A DNA stretch of 64,000 nt, taken from NCBI RefSeq assembly GCF_006345805.1, contig NC_042997.1:150040001-150104000 (forward strand). Direction: 5' to 3'. The stretch's first letter is position 1. Each line of letters opens with the position of its first letter. Below, in pieces: positions 12,780 through 23,399 of the stretch. Source of the DNA: Octopus sinensis (Eukaryota). Under the pieces are notes generated by a model, which did no database searches, was not told the DNA's origin, and saw nothing but the letters and a program-made list of their open reading frames with translations. The position numbers were made by a program, and so were the translations under genes.

Positions 12780-12822
12780 CCACCTGAAGATTGTCGATCA
12801 AGACAAGAAACAATTGTAGTGG
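12780..12822 (+). ncRNA. Minimal type I hammerhead ribozyme (Penelope/retrozyme type)
   Basis: CCAC-CUGAAGA-UUGUC-GAUCAA-GACAA-GAAA-C-AAUU-G-UA-GUGG. All core nucleotides canonical; 4-bp stem I; perfect 5-bp stem II; minimal stem III with palindromic ACAAUUGU; predicted cleavage after A12818. Confidence 0.8.
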
Positions 12823-12965
12823 CGGTTTTTTTGACTATTTATTAAAATTTTATGTATTGATTAAGTCTTTCCTTGTTTGTTTTGCAAAATAGTGGTTTGT
12901 CTCTAATTATATGTTATATATATACATTATATATATATATGTGCAATGATATTTATATTTATATC

Positions 12966-12997
<32 letters not shown>

Positions 12998-13036
12998 ATA
13001 TGTGTGTGTGCAATGATATTTTATTTATATATATAT

Positions 13037-13080
<44 letters not shown>

Positions 13081-13211
13081 CAATGATATTTATATTTATA
13101 TCTATAGATATAAATATATATAGATATCGATATACATAGATAGTAATATATATATATATGGATATAGATAGATATGGATATAGATATACATAGATATAGA
13201 TAGATATAGAT

Positions 13212-13259
<48 letters not shown>

Positions 13260-13269
<10 letters not shown>

Positions 13270-13643
13270 ATTTAGGAATGGTCATTTTGCCAGTTTAGCC
13301 AATAAAAACACACGCACTATATATTTGGTGTTACTTTGCTTCAGTGTTATTTATTTTTTACATTAATCTTAATCTTATTTCAGCCAGAGTTCTTTCGTCA
13401 CATTCCTGTGACCGCATCAGTGGTCCTTTGTTTTCTTCTTACTTATTTGAGACACAAATAAGTAAGAAGAAAACAAAGGACCACTGATGCGGTCACAGGA
13501 GTGTGACGAAAGAACTCTGGTCGAAATAAGATAAAGATTAATGTAAAAAATAAATAATACTGAAGCAAAGTAACACCAAATATATAGTGCGTGTGTTTTA
13601 TTGGCTAAACTGACAAAATGACCATTCCTAAATACAACAATAT
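13260..13643. repeat. ~384-bp near-perfect hairpin (about 190-bp arms, 5-nt loop AGACA at 13450-13454); probable foldback/MITE-type element
   Basis: 13260-13449 is the reverse complement of 13455-13643, with a few mostly transition-type mismatches. Confidence 0.92.
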
Positions 13644-13696
13644 CTGTTTCAACACACGACTTCACATAAAAAATCTTGCACAACAAATATTTAAAC

Positions 13697-13739
<43 letters not shown>

Positions 13740-13752
13740 TTAGATAGATATA

Positions 13753-13786
<34 letters not shown>

Positions 13787-13861
13787 TTAGATAGATATAT
13801 ACACATATATCTACATATAGATATATATAGTTATATATATATGTATAGATAGATAGATAAC

Positions 13862-14972
13862 TTAGAATAATTTGGAAAGGTTTTGGCCAGTATTGGCCCA
13901 GGCCATGTCTAACTTAATAGCACCACCTGGCGAAGTCTTTCAATTCAGGATTTGGGCACCGAGGCCCATTCGAGCAGAATGTTATTGTTTGCGGAGACAT
14001 ATCCGGGTGTGGGTGGTTTGTCCAGGACTGTTTGAAGGAATTTGTCCAAAGACTTCTTGAATTTTGTGTGGTCAGTTTCTGTTTTGACGTGTCCTGGTGT
14101 AATGTTGAAGAGAGCGGGTCCAATTGAGGTGAAATAATTGTGCCGTATTGTCGTTATGTGATGCGATTTAGATTTTTCTTGTGGACGGTTGGCACGTGGT
14201 CCAAGCCTTGGATGTATTTTGAAGGTGATGCCAACATCATTCGGACAGTGCTGGTGGAATATTTTCCACATCATACAGATAATGTAGCGTTCACGGCGTC
14301 GTTGGAGTGAATACAGTTTCAGCTTCTCTAGTCTACAGCAGTAGTCAAGGTCTGACATGCCATCTATCCTTTTTGTGATTGACCTTTGGGGAGCTTCAAT
14401 TCTCATAATATTTTGTTTTGTGTAGGGAGACCACAGTGGACAGCAGTATTCAAGGTGGGGTCGGGCAAAAGTGGAGAAGAGAAGGATAATATTGTGGGAA
14501 TCTCTCGACTGGAAGGTTCTGAGAATCCAGGAACACATTCTGCAGGACATGTCAACTTTGCTGCTTATATGTATAGCCCAGCTTATGTTGTTGTCCACTG
14601 TTACTCCCAAGTCTCTGGTGTTGTTGGATGCCATGAGAATTTCTCCAAAAGGAAGAGAGTATGGGAGTTTCAGAGCGTCCTCCCTTCCAAAGTGGATCAG
14701 TTCGAATTTGTCTTCGTTTAGCAACATGTTGTTCTTTTCCGCCCATTGGACAACAGCCAGTAGGTCTGACTGAAGGCTTATTCGGCCATCCACGCCATTG
14801 ATGACCTTCTAGAGCTTGGAATCATCAGCGAAGGTTCTGATGTTACTGTGTTTGATGGTATCAGTAATATCATTTATGTAGATGATGAAGAGAAGTGGGC
14901 CCAACACAGTGCCTTGTGGGACACCACTGCTGACTTTGGCTGGGCTGGATTTGACTCCTTCGACTACAAGAG
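13862..14972 (-). mobile_element. CR1/L2-like LINE (family 2), 5'-truncated, RT C-terminal region
   Basis: Upstream of the 282-aa ORF (13945-14793) the same frame reads [21 protein letters not shown]...[14 protein letters not shown] (RT motifs including FADD, one in-frame stop). It continues to HLEYCCPLWSPY...LYSLQRRRERY; short 3' UTR. Confidence 0.95.
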
Positions 14973-15071
14973 ATATTAAGCGATTATCTCCCTTACACCG
15001 GTAGAAATCACTTATTACCTCCCCTTATCTGGAACTCTTCTTCTCACTTCTCAACGAAGACATAACGATGT

Positions 15072-15111
15072 AAGAAATTTGAAAAGCTGAACGCGAAACC
15101 GGTCATTTCTT
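15072..15111 (+). ncRNA. Decayed minimal type I hammerhead ribozyme
   Basis: AAGAAAU-UUGAAAA-GC UGAAC GC-GAAA-C CG G-UC-AUUUCUU. 7-bp stem I, GAAAC and GUC intact, palindromic ACCGGU; core differs from CUGAAGA by two transitions. Confidence 0.45.
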
Positions 15112-15267
15112 CAAAAACTATGTCATTGTATGAAAAAAATTTATAACATTCTTCTGACATAATGACTCAAATGTATATTTTTAAACCTTTTAAAACAAGC
15201 CTTCTGTAGTTTTTTCACTTTTTACTATTTTCTATATATATATGTATATATACTTTTATATATATTA

Positions 15268-15658
15268 CTAGCAGTATCGCCCGGCGTTGCTCGGGTTGTA
15301 AGGGAAATAACTATATAAGCATTTTAGAGAGTTATAGCCAAAAAATAGCAAAAAAATGCTATTAAAATTGAAAAAAAAATTAAGGTAAATTTTTTTTTAA
15401 TCGTTGACACATCGTAGATATTTTTAGAGAGTTACTTCCCTTTATAAAAGCGAAAAAATGCATTAAAATGGAAAAATATGATGGTAAATTTTTTTTAAAT
15501 CGTAGACTCATCGTAGACGCGCGCTAATACCCAGAAGGGCTCGATAAAATCACGACTATAAGATACTCGCTTTTGGTTAAAAATGCACCGCAAAATGTGG
15601 GAGTAGTTACGAATCTAAATCGTAGGAGACAGACACACAACTTCACTCTTAATAAAGA
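15268..15658 (-). mobile_element. Non-autonomous Helitron, complete (391 bp)
   Basis: Minus strand starts A|TC (15658) and ends CTAG|T (15268). Subterminal hairpin CCCG-GCGTTGCT-CGGG (15280-15295); internal ~100-bp tandem repeat (about 15320-15517). Confidence 0.85.
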
Positions 15659-15659
15659 T

Positions 15660-15986
15660 GCTTTTTTTTTCAGTCATAGAGTTAGATTTATGAAGGTCTT
15701 CAGTAGAAAATCCTTCGAATTCTGACTCGCTGCTTGATATAATGAAATTCGTATCCATTTTTTGTCAGAATTAAAAAAATTTGAAAAACACCAATAGGAA
15801 CAAATTTCGGAAAAAAATCTCCCATAATCACGGAATTAAAATTACACTTCGATTTTGTACAAAACTGTGTTTGAAGTGTTTACGAAGTATAATACGTGTT
15901 TTCACGAATGTACTAAAGAGATTACTCTGATATTCTCATTTAAATATGAATAGGTAAATCGGGCGGTTTGGTAACGAAAGGGTTAA
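15660..15986. mobile_element. Possible right end of a piggyBac-like (TTAA) MITE
   Basis: Ends ...GGTAACGAAAGGG|TTAA; no matching left TIR found. Confidence 0.35.
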
Positions 15987-16219
15987 ACGGATGCATACAT
16001 TTATTAATAACTATATATAAGTGTCGTCTGTTTATACATAAAACACTGTTCATACTTTCAGTTTAGTCTTCCTCAAATCACTCTGTCGCTATTTACTCTC
16101 TTCCAAGAACATTTTCACTCACTCTTATCTCTTAGCTTGCCATATATTTTACTCATGTATCTATCAGTGTGATAGACAGAAACAAATATTACATCGCCAT
16201 CGCCATCGCATCTATTGTC

Positions 16220-16514
16220 TACCTGTCACAACACACACAGTGAATTAGTTTCATTTTATTCGTTGCACACTGTGTGTGTGCGTTTGCGTGTGCTGTAAAC
16301 CAGACTAAGAAAAGCATTTGACATACACACCAGAATGTGAGTTTTCTGTAAATTTTGCTTAATTGGAGTTTAAATTTTAAAAACTGGACCTGGCATGACC
16401 CGTGCATTCTACTCTTAAAAATGCTAGGTAAATTGTAATTGAAGAAATCCTATATTGTAGATTTCTATAAGTGACAAAGGGAGGCAGATAAAATCTGCCT
16501 TTTATAATAAGAGA
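16220..16514 (-). mobile_element. Probable Helitron 5'-end fragment
   Basis: Minus strand begins A|TCTCTTATTATAAAAG, followed by hairpin AGGCAGAT-AAA-ATCTGCCT (16482-16500). No CTRR 3' end found; left boundary approximate. Confidence 0.45.
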
Positions 16515-16641
16515 TGTATATATATATGTATATACATACATATATACATATATACATACATATATATATATACATATATATACATATACATATATATATA
16601 TACATATATATACATATATATTTATACATATATATACATAT

Positions 16642-16773
16642 CTCTTTTACTCTTTTACTATTTTATTTGATTCAGTCATTTGACTGCGGCCATGCTGGAG
16701 CACCGCCTTTTTTTGTCGAGCAAATCAGCATCGGTTGTCATGCAATGCTAGGGGGACAAACACAGACACATAA

Positions 16774-16825
<52 letters not shown>

Positions 16826-16988
16826 GACAGACTTCTTTCAGTTTCCGTCTACCAAATCCACTCACAAGGCATTGGTCGGCCCGGGGCTATAGCAGAAGAC
16901 ACTTGCCCAAGATGCCACGCAGTGGGACTGAACCCGGAACGATGTGGTTGGTTAGCAAGCTACTTACAACACAGCCACTCCTGCGCCT
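16642..16988 (-). mobile_element. SINE family A with internal deletion
   Basis: Head, CORE-like segment, central CA/TA array and tail present; part of the 3' module is missing. Confidence 0.88.
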
Positions 16989-17138
16989 ATATATATGCAT
17001 TTATATATATATTTATATTACATATATATGCATATATATATACATAGACATATATATATATATGTGATTATATATCATACATACACACACACATATATTT
17101 ATATATATACATACATATATTAGAAATATATATATAAT

Positions 17139-17196
<58 letters not shown>

Positions 17197-17519
17197 TATA
17201 CGTGTGCGTATACATAATTGGCATACATGTCTCTATTAAAACCTCTGTTGCGCTCCTGTTTTTATCACTTTCCGGTAACCTGTTTTCCCTAAATAGAGAT
17301 CATAAAAAAAATTAACAGGCTGCAATAAACACTTTTCTATCTATCAAAAGTCTCGATACTGGGAGGCCCAGCATGGCCGAAGTTCAATGATTTAATTCAG
17401 TAATACGGAACAAGTCTGATACGTAAATGGAAAGAGGGTTTTGTGACACAATGTGAGTGAAGGAAATTGTCAGAGGCAATGAGTGAGTGAGATTGTGAGA
17501 GAGAGAAAGTTCGTTGCCA

Positions 17520-17571
<52 letters not shown>

Positions 17572-17855
17572 ATTTTTGCGAGTAATAATGAGAGTAAAGA
17601 AAAAGCGTAATTGAGAGAAGAATATGCAAAATGTGAGGGACATAGTTAGTTAGGGAGTGGATCGGCGCATTTATGAACGCATTTAAAACAGGTGGAGATA
17701 GAGAGAGAGAAGAAAACATAATAGCTATAAGGAAAGTATGCAGCAGGAGAAAGAGAAAGCGGGTGCTTTGTGTATGTGTGTGTGTGTGTGTTCCGGATAG
17801 GAGAAGGACAAAGGACTGTATGTGTGAGAGAGATACATACGTTCATACATACCCG

Positions 17856-18267
17856 TTTCTTTATTACCCACAAGGGGCCAAACATAGAGGGGACAAACAA
17901 GGACAGACAAACGGATTAAGTCGATTACATCGACCCCAGTGCGTAACAGGTACTTATTTAATCGACCCCGAAAGGATGAAAGGCAAAGTCGATCCCGGCG
18001 GAATTTGAACTCAGAACGTAGCTGCAGACGAAATACCTATTTCTTTATTACCCACAAGGGGCTAAACACAGAGGGGACAAACAAGGACAGACAAACGGAT
18101 TAAGTCGATTACATCGACCCCAGTGCGTAACTGGTACTTAATTTATCGACCCCGAAAGGATGAAAGGCATAGTCGACCTCGGCGGAATTTGAACTCACAA
18201 CGTAACGCAGACGAAATACCGCTAAGCATTTCGGCCGGCGTGCTAACGTTTCTGCCAGCTCGCCGCC
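17856..18267 (-). mobile_element. SINE family B, one head plus two tandem ~183-bp body units
   Basis: Head 18221-18267; units 18038-18220 and 17856-18037, both ending at GACGAAATACC on the + strand. Confidence 0.92.
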
Positions 18268-19717
18268 TTATACACTCATACATACCTTTGGGTTGTGGTG
18301 TGTGTCTGTGTGTGTAGAATGCATTTACTTCGCTGAAATTGTTTGACTCGAAGTTTTATTACTTTTCTATATAGAACGCAATTCAAAATACAAGTGTTGA
18401 GATTTACTTGCATTGTGATCAGTTCAGTCCTTGGTTGGGTCCTGATACACCCCAGAAAGTCCAGTGGTCGAAACAGTGGTTGGCAAACTTATATACAAGG
18501 ATGTAATGAAGAAGAGTTAAAGTAAAGCGAGATATAACGAAGATTGAGTGAAGCGCACACACACACAGTGACTTAGGAGAGAGAGAAATGTATTGAGAGA
18601 AAGCGTGTTGGAAGGAGATGAGATAAAGTAACATAACAGAGAGTAAAGAATAAGGTTACAGAAACCGAGAGGAAGACAGGCAGATACTAAGTGTTAGGTA
18701 ATGGAATGAAGGATAGTTTGAAGCGAGAGACTCTGGAAATGAAAGAAGAGAGAAATTAAGCGAGATCTTGAACGAGAGAGATATCAAAGATGCAGTGGAG
18801 GAATAAGAGTAAGAAAATGAGGGAGACAGACGTTGAATGTTTGAGTGAAAGGAAGAAAGTGAGTAGCGGTGAGAGGAAGATATTAATAAGAGAGAGGGTA
18901 ATGAGGGTGCGGTGGGGGAGAAAGAAGTTTATACTAAATGCGCGAGACAGAGAATAAGGGGCAGAAAGTGGAGGAGAGAGATTGAGTGTGAGTGGTTGAT
19001 GGAGTGTAGGTGGAATTGAGTGAAGATAATGTTAGGGCCGTCTTCATAGTATGAATCCCTTACCTCCCGTCGCTAAGTAATACATACCCCCCCCCCAATG
19101 CTAATCTATGTTGATTTATCTATCAACATAGATTAGCATTGAGCCTTAGTGATTATCTGTCCTATGTTGATACATGATCGATCGATAGATAAATAAATGT
19201 ACTTACGTTGGGTCAGCAGGCGTATACCCAAGTGTGCCTTTTAGATTGCACGAGTAAGTGAGGAAAAAAAGAGAGAAAGATATTAAATGAGAGTTTTGGC
19301 TGTTATTTCTAGTAAGACAAGACACTAGGTAAGTATCTTTCTAACACGTATACAAGGCGATACATTTTAAGGGCGAGCTTATTCAGATAATAGAGATCTC
19401 AAATAATTGAATAATAATTATATTATCGACCCGAGCCCTTAGATATGATAGACTAAGTTGACTTGGGTAGGATTTGAACTTGTACTACCATGAAGTGATG
19501 TAAATGATTTAGCAAGTAGCTGTGTTTACAACTCAGTTTTACCGATGTACCTCAAAATTGTGTTTATTGATTATTTTGTGGCATAGGCACAAGGTCAGTT
19601 ATTCAGATAAACTATTGATCTCGATGGAAGTGCGAGTGAGGGGAAGAAGAAATATGGAGTGATAGATAGGTAGGTAGAATAGATGGCCACATCAATGGAT
19701 GAAAGATAGACAGACGA

Positions 19718-19782
<65 letters not shown>

Positions 19783-20029
19783 CACTTAGATATGTGGTTG
19801 GATAGGAAGATAGATAGATGAATGGAAACAGGAAAAGAGAAATTGAAAAGAAAGAATGATACTGGAAAATTAAAGCAATAATGGAGAGAGATTGGAAATG
19901 GAATGAGAGGAAAATGGGAAAGGAAAGAAACGTTAATAGAAATGTTAAATAAAAAAACCCAAAAAAAACAACAACACAGTAAAAATAAATAAATGGTACA
20001 AGAAGAGAATGTTAATGACCGTAGTGTGA

Positions 20030-20470
20030 TAGTAACTATAGGAATGAAGGTAAATGTGATGGCGGCAGTGGTGGTTGAGGAAATGTTTGGCAGTGGTGGT
20101 GAGAGTACTTGTGCTGGTGGTGGTAGTGGTGATACCAACGGTGGAAATTTTGTTATCGTAGCCATGGGGTGGTTAGTGGTTTTGATGAAAGGTTTAGCAG
20201 TATAGATCTTGATGGAGCTGGTAAAAGTATAATGATGAGTGGGGCGTGTTAATAGTATAGGTTATAGTGATGTTGCCTGAGGTACTTTTCATAGGAGCTG
20301 CGTTGAAGGTAGAGTTTGAGATAGTAGATGTGATAGGGGTGGTAGTGTCAGTGGTGGTTTTATTGTTGGTGGTAATCGTAGAGGCAGTAACGATGGTACA
20401 GCCAATGCTGATGGCCTTGTTTATTAATGGTATTGGTGGTAATAGTGATGGTAAAGTTCATAGTGAATGG
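20030..20470. repeat. Degenerate (GGT/AGT/GAT)n trinucleotide low-complexity tract
   Basis: Cryptic triplet repeat producing Val/Gly-rich pseudo-ORFs. Confidence 0.8.
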
Positions 20471-20532
20471 TATAATAAACCGTAGTAAAATACTTGATGG
20501 TCTAATGAAAAGCTTAAAACGAAGGCATCATA

Positions 20533-20747
20533 TCTTTTCTGCTATTGTCACAAGGTCTGATGTTTTAAGCAAGAGAGCGATTCGATTACTTTGACTCCAG
20601 TGGGCAACTAGTACTTATTTCACCAAACTCGAAGAGATAAAAGTCAAAGTCGACCTCGAAAGAATCCTAACTCAGAACGTAAATACGGACGAAATGCTGC
20701 TAAGCATTTTCCCGGCATGCTAACGATTTTTTCCGTTCATCACCTTA
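20533..20747 (-). mobile_element. SINE family B, older-tail subfamily, diverged
   Basis: GTCAAAGTCGACCTCG...CTCAGAACGTAAATACGGACGAAATGCTGCTAAGCATTTT, with a GCACAAGG-type tail. Confidence 0.78.
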
Positions 20748-20779
20748 AATGAAGGCAACGAGACAGAACAGACTAAAGT

Positions 20780-21150
20780 AGGCGCAGGAATGGTTGTGTG
20801 GTCACGAAGTTCTCATTGCAAACACGTGGTTTTGGGTTCAGTTCCACTACACAGCATGTTACGTTGGGCAAGTATATTCTACTGTAGCCAAGAACAGACT
20901 AATACCTTGGAAAAGAATTTTTTAAAATAGGAACTGTGTTTGAAAGCCTGTCGTGTGTGTATGCTACTCTCTATCGCTTGACAATTGGTGCTGGTTTCTT
21001 TATTCCCTCGTTATAGCTGTCCGGCAATAGAAACTGATAGAATAAGTACCAAGCTTTAAAAAAAAAAAATGTTGGTATCGATTTATTCTCCTGAAACCCT
21101 TCAGGGCGGCGCCCCAATTTGGTAGCAGCTCACGGACTGAAACAAGTAAA
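20780..21150 (+). mobile_element. SINE family A, diverged full-length copy
   Basis: AGGCGCAGGAATGGTTGTGTGG...TTGGGCAAGT...GATAGAATAAGTACC...GGACTGAAACAAGTAAA. Confidence 0.82.
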
Positions 21151-21363
21151 ATTAAATGGTTTAGTTTCATCAGTTTGTACTTATTTAGTTCCAAAGCAAC
21201 AACTGAAGATACTTCAGCTATAAGCATCGGTATTTTGGGGGTGGGGGCCTTTAATTGATAAAAAGAAATGGTATAGCTGTCATTTATTGAAAGGAAAATT
21301 CACTACGCAAAGTTTTCGCTCTGGAGTATGTTTTCTACAGAGAGTGTTATTCTTGTATTAAAG

Positions 21364-21674
21364 CAGTGGCTTGCCTAACTTTATCGAACTACCGCCCCCT
21401 TGATACTAAGGCCACATTCCTAGCACCCCCATCCAAAATAACCATTACAAACATAGACTGCTTTCTGAAGCAAATTCAAAGCAACTGTATTTCACAAATA
21501 AACTTAACCTAATGAACCCATTATTTTGTTGTTTATACATGAATCGCTACCGCATTATTGCCCCACATTTTACAGGAATCGCAACCCCATTGTTGCCCCA
21601 CTTTTCTTCAACGCACCCGTTGGAACTTTTCAACGCCCCCAGTGGGGCAATACCATGCACTTTGGGAATCATTG
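21364..21674. mobile_element. hAT-type MITE
   Basis: Imperfect TIRs CAGTGGCTTGCCTAACTTT and ACTTTGGGAATCATTG; near 8-bp TSD (G/A)TATTAAA; subterminal GGGGCAAT/TTGCCCC motifs. Confidence 0.6.
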
Positions 21675-21688
21675 ATATTAAAAAATAA

Positions 21689-21912
21689 GGCGGCGAGCTG
21701 GCAGAAACATCAACATGTCGGACAAAAGGCTTACCCGTATTTTTGCTCTTCACATGCTGAGCTCAACTCTTGATGTTTTTAAACTTTGCGTTTCATTCTT
21801 TCGGGGTCGATGAAATAAAGTTCCAGTCCAGTATTGGGGTGGGGGTGTCGACGTAATCGACTATCCCGCTCCCCTAAAAATGCTGGCCTTGTGCCAAAAT
21901 TTCAAACCATTG
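21689..21912 (+). mobile_element. SINE family B, older-tail subfamily
   Basis: GGCGGCGAGCTGGCAGAAAC...TTCATTCTTTCGGGGTCGATGAAATAAAG...GGCCTTGTGCC. Confidence 0.8.
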
Positions 21913-22014
21913 CTGTATTACAGAAGATAATAGTAAAAAGGGTAAAGACGCCCTTCGGTTCAGGAATGACCACGATTTTGCATCTAGAAAGTTCCCCTCC
22001 GAAGCCCAAGTAAG

Positions 22015-22708
22015 GTTGTTTATGGAAGACCAGCATGAACACATTCACTTTTGGTGAGTCCTTCTCATGCTCAACTGTGGCATGGAGACTTTCTTCGCCC
22101 CAGTGCGAACATTATGCTTATTGACCTTGCTATTTGTATGAAATGTGGCTTCATCACTGAAAACAAGACGTTCCTTGAACTTGGTTTCTTCAAGTTTCTC
22201 TTGCATATCAACACAGAATTGTTTGCACTTTCGCTTGTCATCTATCGTTATGGCCTGAACGAGCTGCAGCTTGTAGGGTTCCATCAGGACGCACCAAGCT
22301 GTCATTGGAGGAATCTGGGTTTCCAGACTTGTTCTTCTTATGGAATTCTTGGGGCTTCGCAAGAGTTTTTGGCGAACCCGCTCGACCGTCTCTTCCAATG
22401 TTAGTGGTCATCCAAACCCTTTTGCCCTGCACAGACAGCCTTCCTCTTTGAAATTTTTTTGTGCCATGTCCAAATCTGCATTGCCGTTGGTGACTTTTTA
22501 GAGAACTCTCTCACAAATACATGCTGCACAGTCTTGTTTGATTGTGTTCGAGCAAACTCCAACACACAAAATACCTCTGCTAGTGAATGCTATTTCTATA
22601 CCGGAAGAGATAAACTTATCAAACATTAAACCTAAAATTTGAAGTCATTTGAACAGACTGGCAAAGTTATTAGATTGTGAAATGGAATTAATTTTTTTGA
22701 AAACCCTG
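22015..22708 (-). mobile_element. Tc1/mariner-superfamily DNA transposon, 5' half (frameshifted transposase)
   Basis: TA|CAGGGTTTT terminus at 22708. N-terminal HTH-like CVLEFARTQSNKTVQ..., then ORF 22045-22398 EETVERVRQKLLRSPKNSIRR...RLVFSDEATFH (first catalytic D), then DSPKVNVF in another frame. 3' half absent. Confidence 0.88.
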
Positions 22709-23399
22709 TAATATTATAGTATCAAATGTCGATAACAAAACGTAGGCTTACAAGGTCGCTTTCCCGCATTGTGTGACATATATTTTCCCCGACCCCTACC
22801 ATGGACTGCTCCGTCGCATGATTACTCGTGAGTAAATTGGGGTAACTTAAAATGATTTGCGCCCAAAATACTGTAGTCTAGTATGTTATATAAGGTTGAA
22901 TAATTAACAGACGTGAAATTTCGAGTTCGGTCTCACAGTATGGTACTTTGAACAAATGCCCTTCACTTTGGCCTCAGATTGGCTCAATCCTCCTTCTGAG
23001 TAGCACTGAGTACAAGGAAACCATGTGGAATATCGTCAGACGGATTTTGCATGGAAAAGTTTCAACCAATGCGTGATTCTGTGTCACGCTTTTCTCGTCA
23101 GATAATTATGTTACGGACATGCATATGCTAATTCAATAAACAGGGAATTCGGTTTGTCAAACAGTCGGTTTCCTCATCGGAGAAAGCGACGGAGATCCAA
23201 TTTTTAAAAATAATAAAATACAACACATCCTAGGTGAGTATTGTAAAGTATTACTATTATGATACGATGCTTCATGATAGCATCGTATCATATTGTATAG
23301 TACACTATTTGATAGTATGTAATTTATAGCTTAATATGTACGGAGTGTTATAGCTTAATATGGTAGTTTATGTGTAATATGACAGACGATAAGTACAGG

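Noticed and set aside
13945-14793. 282-aa ORF as a host gene
   Set aside because: It is the RT C-terminus of a 5'-truncated LINE, with an in-frame stop just upstream.
17856-18267. Direct repeats as a CRISPR-like array
   Set aside because: Eukaryotic context, ~183-bp units without unique spacers, no cas genes; these are SINE units.
23258-23292. 14-bp perfect stem with a 7-nt loop
   Set aside because: Lies in degenerate ATACG/ATAGC/TATTA pentamer-like AT-rich sequence where such palindromes arise easily.
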